From positions 2,436 through 66,435 of the forward strand of contig JAQVYS010000003.1 in NCBI GenBank assembly GCA_028708605.1: 64,000 bases of DNA, given 5' to 3'. This DNA comes from Bacillota bacterium. Lineage in GTDB: Bacteria; Bacillota; DTU065. Below are positions 50,298 through 59,091 of this stretch, one piece after another (position 1 is the first letter of the stretch; every line of letters begins with the position of its first letter). The notes beneath the pieces are model-generated. The model was not told the DNA's origin, did no database searches, and worked only from the letters and a program-made list of their open reading frames with translations. Position numbers and translations under genes: made by a program.

Positions 50298-52061
50298 ATG
50301 TTGAAGGATACAAATTGCGGCTTATTACGCAAAGATGACGCAGGTAAAGTTGTAACATTAAGCGGATGGGTACATCGCCGTAGAGACCATGGTGGTCTAA
50401 TCTTTGTCGACTTAAGAGATAGGTCTGGTTTAGTTCAAGTGGTTTTTGATCCAGATACAAGTAAAGAAAACTTTTTGCTTGCAGAAAAACTTCGATCTGA
50501 GTTTTGTGTAAGGATCCAAGGAGAAGTCTCTGTCAGGCCTCAAGGGTTAGAAAACAAAGAGATTGCAACTGGTGAAGTTGAGATTAAGGCTCAATCTCTT
50601 GAGATCCTCTCGCAATCACAAGCCCTACCTTTTGCACTTGACACTAGAGTTGATGTTGACGAAAATGTCAGGCTCAAATACCGTTATTTAGATTTAAGAC
50701 GCCCTGAGCTGCAAAAAAACTTTATTTTAAGGCACAATATTACTAAAGCAGTGCGGGACTTTTTAGATGGCGAAGGCTTTTTAGAGATAGAAACTCCTAT
50801 GCTCACAAAATCTACTCCGGAAGGAGCTAGAGACTATTTGGTGCCAAGTCGCATCAACCCAGGGACTTTCTTTGCCCTTCCACAGTCGCCACAGCTTTTC
50901 AAACAGCTACTTATGGTCTCTGGATTTGAAAAGTACTTTCAAATAGTCAAGTGCTTTCGCGACGAGGATCTACGTAAAGATCGCCAGCCCGAGTTCACAC
51001 AGATTGACCTTGAGATGTCTTTTATAGATGAAAAAGACATCCAGAATCTGATGGAAAGAATGTTTTCCTATGTCTTTGACAGAGTACTTGGAGTGAAGCT
51101 AACTACACCTTTTCCAAAAATGAGTTACGCAGAAGCTATGGAGAGATTTGGTTCTGATAAACCAGACACTCGTTTTGGTATGGAACTGCTTGATCTTTCT
51201 GACATTGCAGCAGACTGTGGCTTTAAGGTCTTTAGCGATGCTGTGAAAAATGGAGGTCAGGTAAAGGGTCTTTGTGTAAAGGGTTGTGCGGATTACACTA
51301 GAAAGCAGCTTGATGAATTGACTCTGCTTGCTCAAGAGTTAGGCGCAAAAGGCCTGGCATACATCTTGTACAAAGATGAGGTTAAGAGTCCGATTGCCAA
51401 ATTCTTCACAGAAGATGAAATCAACAAAATCCTAACTAAAATGGGAGCAGAAAAAGGCGATCTCTTGTTGTTTGTCGCTGACAAAAAAGAAACTGTAGCT
51501 GCAGTTTTAGGTAGACTACGTCTTGATTTAGGAGAAGCTCTTGGGCTTATTCCTCATGAAAAGATGGATTTTCTATGGGTTGTAGATTGGCCACTTTTGG
51601 AATGGGATAGTGAAGAGAAACGCTTTAGTGCTGTCCATCATCCGTTTACCTCTCCAAAGGAAAAGGACTTTGATAAAGACCCAGCTAATGCTTTGGCTAA
51701 AGCGTATGATCTTGTCTTAAATGGTGTTGAGTTAGGCGGTGGTTCGATTAGAATCCACGATGCAGACTTGCAGTCTAGACTCTTTAAAACCTTAGGAATT
51801 TCAGCAAAAGAAGCAGAAGAGAAGTTTGGTTTTCTTCTAAAAGCTTTCAAGTTTGGACCACCTCCACATGGTGGCATAGCCTTCGGTCTAGACCGGATGA
51901 TTTGGCTTCTAGCAGGTGCTGAATCCATTAGAGATGTTATTGCTTTTCCAAAGACTCAAAAGGCTGTCTGCGTTCTGACAGAGGCTCCATCTATAGTAGA
52001 TTTAAAACAACTGCGTGAATTACACATAGCTTCAACTGTTGTCAAGGAAAAAATGGAATAA
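50298..52061 (+). CDS. aspS: Aspartyl-tRNA synthetase
   Basis: GWVHRRRDHGGLIFVDLRD, FRDEDLRKDRQPEFTQID, GGGSIRIHD; canonical full-length AspRS. Confidence 0.95.
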   Translation: MLKDTNCGLLRKDDAGKVVTLSGWVHRRRDHGGLIFVDLRDRSGLVQVVFDPDTSKENFLLAEKLRSEFCVRIQGEVSVRPQGLENKEIATGEVEIKAQSLEILSQSQALPFALDTRVDVDENVRLKYRYLDLRRPELQKNFILRHNITKAVRDFLDGEGFLEIETPMLTKSTPEGARDYLVPSRINPGTFFALPQSPQLFKQLLMVSGFEKYFQIVKCFRDEDLRKDRQPEFTQIDLEMSFIDEKDIQNLMERMFSYVFDRVLGVKLTTPFPKMSYAEAMERFGSDKPDTRFGMELLDLSDIAADCGFKVFSDAVKNGGQVKGLCVKGCADYTRKQLDELTLLAQELGAKGLAYILYKDEVKSPIAKFFTEDEINKILTKMGAEKGDLLLFVADKKETVAAVLGRLRLDLGEALGLIPHEKMDFLWVVDWPLLEWDSEEKRFSAVHHPFTSPKEKDFDKDPANALAKAYDLVLNGVELGGGSIRIHDADLQSRLFKTLGISAKEAEEKFGFLLKAFKFGPPPHGGIAFGLDRMIWLLAGAESIRDVIAFPKTQKAVCVLTEAPSIVDLKQLRELHIASTVVKEKME

Positions 52062-52090
52062 GCTTCAAGCCTCTAGAATGATCTTAAACG

Positions 52091-52119
52091 TTGAAGAAAC
52101 ACTCTTGTTGTGCTATTAT
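52091..52119 (+). promoter_or_regulatory. Sigma-A promoter (TTGAAG-17-TATTAT) driving the intergenic RNA
   Basis: Near-consensus hexamers with a 17-nt spacer, 30 nt downstream of the aspS stop. Confidence 0.5.
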
Positions 52120-52125
52120 ATAGAC

Positions 52126-52342
52126 ATAGCAAACCCTGCTGTGTTCGTAGTCAAGCTGAAGAAGTTATGAGCCAACACTCACTATAAGGGAGTTCGGAGT
52201 TTTGCAGTAGCCGCCAAGCTATATTAGCTTTGCCTAAGTTGCAAACAGAGCACCCACCTGCCTAAGCAGGTTCATCAACATTCAGCACCAACGGCATGGC
52301 GGGGACACTTGTGGGAGCCACTAAAGGGCTCCCTTTCTTATT
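52126..52342 (+). ncRNA. ssrS: Candidate 6S RNA (SsrS), about 215 nt. An irregular long hairpin with internal bubbles, ending in an intrinsic terminator.
   Basis: A promoter and a terminator (GGGAGCC-actaaag-GGCTCCC then TTTCTTATT) bracket a non-coding stretch. Distal 5' (CCCUGCUGUGUU, GCUGAA, UGAGCC) and 3' (GGUUCA, UUCAGC, CGGCAUGGCGGGG) segments pair with G-U wobbles around an apical GCCAAGCU-auauu-AGCUUUGC hairpin. From memory, B. subtilis has its 6S-1 RNA at this position (aspS - bsrA - yrvM/tcdA). Confidence 0.5.
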
Positions 52343-52436
52343 GCCAAGGAGTATAAAAGGGAATCACAGGAACTTAGTTAATACTAAAGGCAAGAATAGT
52401 TGTTTCTATAGTACATCAATAGAGGGTTGTGATTTT

Positions 52437-53150
52437 GTGGCAGAATTGGAAAGAAAAAGTTTACTTAGGACAAGTTTAATAATAGGGTCAAGAGCTTTAG
52501 AAAAGCTTGCAAAAAGTAGAGTAATAGTTTGCGGCCTAGGAGGGGTAGGAGGTAGTGCTGCAGAGGCTTTAGCTCGCTCTGGAATAGGTTTCATAAAGCT
52601 TATTGACGGAGACGTTATTGATGTTACTAACTTGAACCGTCAGTTAATCGCGACTTTAGATAACATCGGCAACTATAAGGTCATAGAGATGGAAAAAAGG
52701 CTTAAAAGCGTGGCAAAAAAGGTAATATTAGAGCCACTGAAGGTAATGCTGACTCCAGAAAACCTTAGAGACTACATCAAAGATACAGATTATGTAGTTG
52801 ATTGTATTGATGATGTTCCAACAAAAACAGCCCTTATCTTCTTTTGTCTAGAAAATCAAATCCCAATTGTTTCAGCAATGGGGGCTGGAGGCAGGCTAGA
52901 CCCTTCTTTGATTCGAATAGGGGATATATCTGAGACCAAAATCGATCCTCTTAGTAAGGTTATGAGAAAGCGCTTAAGAGATAACGGGGTTAGATCAGGA
53001 CTTCAAGTAGTCTATTCTTTAGAGACTCCGGTAAAAGCCAAAGAGGTGGAGGGTAAGATGATAATTGGTTCTAGTTCATTTGTGCCTCCCGCTTTTGGTC
53101 TTAGCTTAGCTTCTGTCGTAGTAAAAGGTCTCGTAGGGACTGTAGAATAA
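52437..53150 (+). CDS. tcdA: tRNA threonylcarbamoyladenosine dehydratase (ThiF/MoeB-family E1-like, TcdA/YrvM)
   Basis: VIVCGLGGVGGSAAEALARSGIG Rossmann motif; GTG at 52437 after AGAGGG. The 284-aa track ORF upstream of it overlaps the RNA and is not coding. Confidence 0.8.
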   Translation: MAELERKSLLRTSLIIGSRALEKLAKSRVIVCGLGGVGGSAAEALARSGIGFIKLIDGDVIDVTNLNRQLIATLDNIGNYKVIEMEKRLKSVAKKVILEPLKVMLTPENLRDYIKDTDYVVDCIDDVPTKTALIFFCLENQIPIVSAMGAGGRLDPSLIRIGDISETKIDPLSKVMRKRLRDNGVRSGLQVVYSLETPVKAKEVEGKMIIGSSSFVPPAFGLSLASVVVKGLVGTVE

Positions 53151-53215
53151 AGCTAAAAGGCGATTTTAAAGGCTAGAAAATTTAAAAAAACTCTGGCCTT
53201 TTCTCATTTTAGGTA

Positions 53216-53244
53216 TTGACTATCTTGAAAAAATACCTCATAAT
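53216..53244 (+). promoter_or_regulatory. Sigma-A promoter (TTGACT-17-CATAAT) with an about 150-nt structured leader for the symporter
   Basis: Hexamers at the correct spacing; leader hairpins described in findings. Confidence 0.5.
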
Positions 53245-53399
53245 CAGTTCTCGTAAGGATTTATTTTAGGATAGAGCAGTTAAGATCGGTTTTCCTCAAA
53301 AGTCCTCCGCTTTTGTACCGGAATTGGGGAAAACTAGATTTGCACTATCTTAATCTCCAAAGATTATTTAATCAGAAATTAAGGAGGACGATCGTTTGG

Positions 53400-54902
53400 A
53401 TGAACAATCCGTGGGTAATAGGTGGAGTTTTAGTCTACATCCTAATAATGCTTGCAATAGGTTTTTTTTCTAGTAAAAACATTAATGATGCGACAGACTA
53501 CATAGTAGCTGGAAGAAGACTACCTTTAGGACTCGCGACCGCTGCTTTATTTGCGACATGGTTTGGTGGCGGAACATCGATGGGCGCCGCTGGCGAGTCT
53601 TACTGGAATGGCTTTTTAGGTGCGATTGCAGATCCTTTTGGAGCAGGTGTTTGTCTATTACTGGCAGGTCTTTTTTATGTCAGAACCATGCGTCGAATGA
53701 AGCTATTAACAATTGCAGACTTTTTTGCTATAAAATTTGGCAAAACAAGCGAGCTATTAGTGTCCCTTATTACTTTACCTGCTTTTATTGGGTGGGTAGG
53801 TGCGGAATTAGTTGCTTTAGGTTTAGTTGTTCATTCAATAACTGGGATTTCTCCAGTTTTGGGCATTATTATATCAGCAATTGTCGTGCTGATTTATACT
53901 TATCAAGGCGGTATGTGGGCTGATACCCTTACTGACTTTGTTCAGATGGTTATTTTAATCGCAGGACTTATTATTATGTTCCCGATTGTTATTAAAGATA
54001 TTGGTGGTTTTGCCACTTTAAGAACGCGAATCCCCGATGAGATGTTTTATTTTTTTCCAAGAAATGCCAACTTCTCGGGCTGGATGTTCTATGTACAGGC
54101 CTGGATAATTATCGGTTTAGGTTCAGTCCCTGGCCAAGATGTCATGCAACGTGCTCTCTCTAGTAAAGATGAGAATACAGCGCAAAGAGCGTCATATCTA
54201 GCAGGACTAGGCTATATCATACTTGGTATTATACCGGTTACTCTTGGTATTGTTGGAAGACTAATCTTTCCAGAACTCGGAAACTCTGAGTTAGTTTTAG
54301 TTGATCTTGCTGTAAGATATCTGCCGAATTTTGTTATAGCCTTATTTGTAGGAGCTTTGCTCTCTGCAATCATGTCTTCAACTGATAGTGCAATCCTTGC
54401 TCCTGCAAGTATTGTTACTAGAAATATCATGCCATATTTTAAGAAGCTAGACTCTAAGGATGAACTTAAGGTAGCCAGAATTGCTACAGTAATTATTACT
54501 GCCTTAGCATTAGCAACTGCGTTGTGGTTCCAAAACATCTACGATTTAATGGTTTCTGCTTGGGGCTTCTTGCTTGTTGGCTGTTTTGTACCTTTAACAT
54601 TTGGGATCTGGAGTAAGAAGGCTAACACCCCTGCAGCAATTTCGTCCTCAGTAATCGGATTTGCTTCATGGATTCTCTTAGGAGTCTTTTCTCCTAACAC
54701 ACCAAATGACATAATTGGGGTTGTAATAAGTTTTGTAGTCTTTGTTGTTGTAATGGCTGCAACGTATAAAAAGGTTGCTCCAAGGCCTTTAGTAGATATT
54801 TATGGAGAGCCTATTGCTCTTAAATTCCGTGGGCCAGTCCATCCAAAAGACTACGAACCATCATTGGAAAAAATCGAAGAAGGCATGATGGTAAATAAAT
54901 AA
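53400..54902 (+). CDS. Sodium:solute symporter family (SSF) transporter, substrate unknown
   Basis: 13-14 TM helices, SSF signature region (GGGTSMGAAGESYW...); ATG at 53400 after AAGGAGG. Confidence 0.8.
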   Translation: MNNPWVIGGVLVYILIMLAIGFFSSKNINDATDYIVAGRRLPLGLATAALFATWFGGGTSMGAAGESYWNGFLGAIADPFGAGVCLLLAGLFYVRTMRRMKLLTIADFFAIKFGKTSELLVSLITLPAFIGWVGAELVALGLVVHSITGISPVLGIIISAIVVLIYTYQGGMWADTLTDFVQMVILIAGLIIMFPIVIKDIGGFATLRTRIPDEMFYFFPRNANFSGWMFYVQAWIIIGLGSVPGQDVMQRALSSKDENTAQRASYLAGLGYIILGIIPVTLGIVGRLIFPELGNSELVLVDLAVRYLPNFVIALFVGALLSAIMSSTDSAILAPASIVTRNIMPYFKKLDSKDELKVARIATVIITALALATALWFQNIYDLMVSAWGFLLVGCFVPLTFGIWSKKANTPAAISSSVIGFASWILLGVFSPNTPNDIIGVVISFVVFVVVMAATYKKVAPRPLVDIYGEPIALKFRGPVHPKDYEPSLEKIEEGMMVNK

Positions 54903-54913
54903 GTGGACATTAA

Positions 54914-54945
54914 AAAGAGGTGGCATTGCCACCTCTTTTGGTTTA
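54914..54945. terminator. Bidirectional rho-independent terminator between the convergent symporter and CE4 genes
   Basis: AAAGAGGTGGC-att-GCCACCTCTTT flanked by A- and T-runs. Confidence 0.8.
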
Positions 54946-54994
54946 TAGACTGAGAATCTAAAGGCTAAAAATCTGTTAAATATTTAAGCAGTTG

Positions 54995-56059
54995 TTACTC
55001 GATTACGTAAGACCACCCATAGACATAAAACCGGCCATCATTTCCTAAGAGTTTTACAGTCATGTTGTGATGTCCTTTGCCAACAGAGCTTGTATTAACA
55101 ATAATACGTTGCTTTTCGGTATCAAATCTTGCATTTAATACCTCTGATTCAATATCTGCAAAGGTCTTTGTCACTTCCACACCTTCAGGTACCTTTACAT
55201 CAACGATTACTGTGGCAGGTCGGTAGGTAATCACTTGAGCTTGACTTGGGATAGTTTGGATAACCTCTAGAGGAGAACTGTTTACTTTGTAAGCAAAGTC
55301 TTCAAGAGTATCTTTGGCATAGAGCATATGGCGCTTTATTCTATAAGGGTGAGGCTCAAATGTATTTGGACCTTCTTCAATTAAAAAGGCTACAACAAAA
55401 CCAGCTTCCTTTGCCCAAGCTTCTACTTCCGGGGTATAAGCTCCATATGGATAAGCTAACCCTGTAACCTCAGTTTGGAGCGAGGCTTCAATATATTTCT
55501 TGTTTTCTTGCATCTCGCGCATGGCACCAGTTTTGTTGTCGGGTGAGAAAAGACTAAGGTCAGCATGAGAGACTGTATGGGCTTGAATTGACCATCCTTT
55601 TTCTTGCATCTCCAAAAGCTCACTTACTGATAGGCCACCAGCAAATGACTCCGTTTTTAAACGATTTGAATAAATAAACAAAGTTGCAGGCATTTCATGT
55701 TTTTCAAGTATGGGCATTGCATTGGTATAGGTCTCCTTGTAACCGTCGTCGAAGGTAATGAGCACTGGCTTTTCAGGGAGGCTAGCTTTGCCTTCTATGA
55801 AATCTGCAAAAGTATCATAATGAATAACATTATAGCCGTTATCTGTAAGCCATGTTAACTGGTCGTCAAACATGGCTGTTGATACATCAATGAAAGAAGG
55901 ACCTCCATCCAATATACGATGATAGGCAAGGACAGTGATGGTAGGGGTTTGACTTTCAGGTATATCAAACTTAGCTACCTCTTTACTGCATCCTACAAGT
56001 AAAATCAGGCTAAGAAGTAAAAGTACAATAAAAGATCTATTTTGCCAATTTTTTCTCAA
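54995..56059 (-). CDS. Lipoprotein polysaccharide deacetylase (CE4 NodB domain) with a C-terminal beta-sandwich domain
   Basis: Lipobox LLVGCSK; NodB motifs (TFDDGY, HTVSHADL); RBS AAGGAG. Confidence 0.8.
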   Translation of the reverse strand: MRKNWQNRSFIVLLLLSLILLVGCSKEVAKFDIPESQTPTITVLAYHRILDGGPSFIDVSTAMFDDQLTWLTDNGYNVIHYDTFADFIEGKASLPEKPVLITFDDGYKETYTNAMPILEKHEMPATLFIYSNRLKTESFAGGLSVSELLEMQEKGWSIQAHTVSHADLSLFSPDNKTGAMREMQENKKYIEASLQTEVTGLAYPYGAYTPEVEAWAKEAGFVVAFLIEEGPNTFEPHPYRIKRHMLYAKDTLEDFAYKVNSSPLEVIQTIPSQAQVITYRPATVIVDVKVPEGVEVTKTFADIESEVLNARFDTEKQRIIVNTSSVGKGHHNMTVKLLGNDGRFYVYGWSYVIE

Positions 56060-56073
56060 GTTTTACCCACTCC

Positions 56074-57015
56074 TTAAAGATTAAAATGTGCTAATGTAAA
56101 TTCCATTGCAGCCTTGCCAAATAAAGATCCTCCTCCATCATGACCACTAAACGGATAAGCCAAAATTTTCTTTGGTGTATTTATCCTGTTATAAGCTGCA
56201 AAAACTGTTTTTGGTAAGCAGACAGGATCTTGCATGCCAACTGAAATCAAAACAGGACATTCAATTCGGTCAGCTAAATTAAGAATATCGAAATATCTCA
56301 GCGTGTCAAAGTAACTAGGCGCTTTGTCAGGGTATAATTTGAGGTACTCGGAAACTTCCCTTAGTGAACTACTAGAGTTAAGCACTCCATACTCGATATA
56401 GCACATATTCGGTACGCCAGCGATACATAACGCAACATCGCTTAGAGCTGCAACTGCAAGTGCAAGACCTCCTCCTTGGGATGAACCTGTGACGAGAATA
56501 CGACTGCTGTCAAGATCGGGCAGGCTCTTAGCTAAGTCTACCATCCGCAAACAGTCCACCAATACCCGGCGGTAATAACATTCGTAGGGATTATCAAGAC
56601 CTTGATTCATCCATCCAGGTACATGACCACTTTCATAGCCTCTATCGCCACTTTGTCCAACTTGACCTCTTAGATCAAAGGCAAGAACAGCGATTCCATT
56701 GAGGAGATAGGAGGCAAAGACAGAGGGAGAGGATGCATAGCCTCTGTAGCCATGAAAAACCAAAGCAACAGGGTAGGTTTTGCTTGAATCTTCTGGAAGC
56801 AGGTACCAACCTTTAATCTCTGTATCGCCAAAACCAACTATTGTAGCTTTGAAGACACGAGCTTTTAGTGGATAGTTGACTTTATCTAAGGAAAACTCCA
56901 GTTTTTCTTTGGCAAGACTAACTGTATCGTCCCAGAATTTATCAAAATTCGCTGGTTTTTCAATCTCCACAGTAAAATCAGATACTTCCTGAACTAGCTT
57001 CTCATATAAGTACAT
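56074..57015 (-). CDS. Acetyl-xylan esterase / cephalosporin-C deacetylase (CE7 family)
   Basis: GxSQG nucleophile elbow (TGSSQGGGLA), CE7 N-terminal region, HDGG C-terminal His; 14-nt gap to the CE4 gene suggests an operon. Confidence 0.85.
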   Translation of the reverse strand: MYLYEKLVQEVSDFTVEIEKPANFDKFWDDTVSLAKEKLEFSLDKVNYPLKARVFKATIVGFGDTEIKGWYLLPEDSSKTYPVALVFHGYRGYASSPSVFASYLLNGIAVLAFDLRGQVGQSGDRGYESGHVPGWMNQGLDNPYECYYRRVLVDCLRMVDLAKSLPDLDSSRILVTGSSQGGGLALAVAALSDVALCIAGVPNMCYIEYGVLNSSSSLREVSEYLKLYPDKAPSYFDTLRYFDILNLADRIECPVLISVGMQDPVCLPKTVFAAYNRINTPKKILAYPFSGHDGGGSLFGKAAMEFTLAHFNL

Positions 57016-57071
57016 TTAAGAACCTCCAATTACAAAATCTGCTTTTTTTCTTTCTTAAGTAAATTAGGCAA

Positions 57072-57120
57072 TAAAAAAAAAAGACCTTCTTTTAATCTAT
57101 AGCAGATTAAAAGAAGGTCT
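57072..57120 (-). terminator. Rho-independent terminator after the beta-propeller gene
   Basis: 17-bp perfect stem AGACCTTCTTTTAATCT-atagc-AGATTAAAAGAAGGTCT; minus-strand T10 run. Confidence 0.8.
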
Positions 57121-57129
57121 GATTAGAAA

Positions 57130-57990
57130 CTATTTGGTGTAGCCCATTACAAGACCACCCATTGCTGATTGTTCTTCAACTAAGAAAAGTTTTGAACCAT
57201 CTTTGCTTACAGCGATACCGCCAATATTTGAGATAATACCAAATTCAGAAGGAGAGATTTCGGTGACTTTATCACCATCTACTATTGAAACAGCGACATT
57301 TGGATTAGCGTAGTGAGCAACGTAGACAATCCCAGCATCATCAACAGCTACTGCAAAACCACTCGAATCTAAGTAAGCAAGCCTTGTTACTTTGCCACTA
57401 GAAAGCTCAACTTTGTACAAAGTAGAAGATGCATGGTCTACAGCATAGAGCGCGTCATCTTTAACACAGGCTAAACGGACAAATCCAACATCAACCCAGC
57501 CACCTTGGCCCCATTTAGCATCTAGATCGCCGTCTTTTTTTCTGATCTTATAGATGCCACCAAGCCCTTTACGATCTGCAGCATAGATGTTACCTTCTGA
57601 GTCAGCTACAGCGCCTTCACAGTCTTCAATACCAAAGCCTTCAATGTCATAAGTATCGATATGGAAGAGTTCAGAATCAAAATGAAAGATCTCTAAAACA
57701 TCACTTCCAGGGGCATAAACATCGCCATTATCGGTGACCCATACAGCTTTAGCCCATGCACCAGGGTTATAGTCTGTAAGGAGAACATCGGTTATGACAT
57801 CGCCACTTTTTGTGTCGATAGCCACAATCTTTTTATCACGAATTGCGCCAACATAAACGGTTTTTCCATCAGGACTCAAAGCTACCCCTCTTGCAGTTTC
57901 ACCGACAGGAACTTCTAGGAAATTGTTCCATGCTAAAACAGGTAAAGATGCAATCAACAGTACAAGGAAAACCAATGTAGACCTTTTCAT
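57130..57990 (-). CDS. Secreted beta-propeller repeat protein (NHL/YVTN-like)
   Basis: Signal peptide MKRSTLVFLVLLIASLPVLA; recurring hydrophobic-x-Y-V/A-x-D/H blade motifs (VYVGA, IYAAD, LYAVD, VYVAH); RBS GGAGG. Confidence 0.6.
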   Translation of the reverse strand: MKRSTLVFLVLLIASLPVLAWNNFLEVPVGETARGVALSPDGKTVYVGAIRDKKIVAIDTKSGDVITDVLLTDYNPGAWAKAVWVTDNGDVYAPGSDVLEIFHFDSELFHIDTYDIEGFGIEDCEGAVADSEGNIYAADRKGLGGIYKIRKKDGDLDAKWGQGGWVDVGFVRLACVKDDALYAVDHASSTLYKVELSSGKVTRLAYLDSSGFAVAVDDAGIVYVAHYANPNVAVSIVDGDKVTEISPSEFGIISNIGGIAVSKDGSKLFLVEEQSAMGGLVMGYTK

Positions 57991-58275
57991 AATAGGACCT
58001 CCATTTTCATTTTACTTACTACTGTATTAGGATTCTTTGAGAATAGTGCAACTCCTCCCAAAAACACCTTCGAATTATCATAGACTTTAAAAGTTTTCTG
58101 AGGGAAAGGAATCAACAACGCTTTGCTGGAGAAAATATTTGAAGATAGGCCAAACGCATCTATCTCTTGTTAAATAGAGATAATGGATATTTTTGTTGAA
58201 AAATTCTATCTTTACCCTAGGTGAAATGGTAAGATTAAAGGAGAAAGCAAGATATACCTTTTAGGAGGGGAGAAA

Positions 58276-59091
58276 ATGGCAGCCCTTTTTAGAAACATTA
58301 GCTTATTAGATATAATCGATATTTTGCTTGTGGCATTTGTTGTATATCGTGTGATGCTTTTGATAAAGGGCACCCGTGCAGTCTCCTTGCTTAAAGGAGT
58401 TGCTGTTGTCTTTACTTTTAGTGTTTTGAGTGAGTTTTTTGGTTTTCGTACTGTTAATTGGTTAATTCAGCAAGCTGTAACATTGTTTCTCGTAGCGCTA
58501 CCTATTGTTTTTTACCCAGAGCTTAGAAAATTATTAGAACGTTTAGGTCGTGGTGTATTAAAAGAAGAACGCTTTGGTCTCTTTGATAAAGGTCAATCTC
58601 AAAAGGCAGTAGGTGAGATCGTCCGCGCGGTAGAAAGCTTTTCAGAAAACGGCACTGGGGCTCTTATCGTACTTAAAAGAGACAGTGGTTTAATGGAATA
58701 TATTGAAACAGGGACATTAGTCGATGCAATGGTAAGTGTTTCAACCCTTGAAACCATCTTTTTTCCCAACACTCCCTTACATGACGGAGCAGTGATAATC
58801 GAAGGAGACCGTATATTGGCTGCAGGGTGTTTACTACCACTGTCGGAGAATCTTGAGATAGCTAAGGAACTAGGTACTCGACACAGGGCAGCTGTTGGGT
58901 TATCTGAAATGAGCGATGCTCTGGTCATAGTCGTATCAGAGGAGACAGGTAGTATTTCATTAGCCGAAGACGGAAAACTAAATCGCTACCTAACTCCAAA
59001 GCAACTTCAAGAGCGCTTTTTGTCACATAGTCGCAAGAAGTCAGAGCGTTTCTGGCCCTTTGGACGGGAGGGAAAGCAACGTGAAAATTAG
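58276..59091 (+). CDS. cdaA: Diadenylate cyclase CdaA (c-di-AMP synthase)
   Basis: Three N-terminal TM helices, DAC domain (GALIVL...HDGAVII...RHRAA...VSEETG). Confidence 0.9.
   Translation: MAALFRNISLLDIIDILLVAFVVYRVMLLIKGTRAVSLLKGVAVVFTFSVLSEFFGFRTVNWLIQQAVTLFLVALPIVFYPELRKLLERLGRGVLKEERFGLFDKGQSQKAVGEIVRAVESFSENGTGALIVLKRDSGLMEYIETGTLVDAMVSVSTLETIFFPNTPLHDGAVIIEGDRILAAGCLLPLSENLEIAKELGTRHRAAVGLSEMSDALVIVVSEETGSISLAEDGKLNRYLTPKQLQERFLSHSRKKSERFWPFGREGKQREN

Noticed and set aside
52296-52436. N-terminal 47 codons of the 284-aa track ORF upstream of tcdA
   Set aside because: They overlap the terminator and 3' part of the 6S-like RNA. The ThiF Rossmann fold begins after the GTG at 52437, which has a proper RBS.
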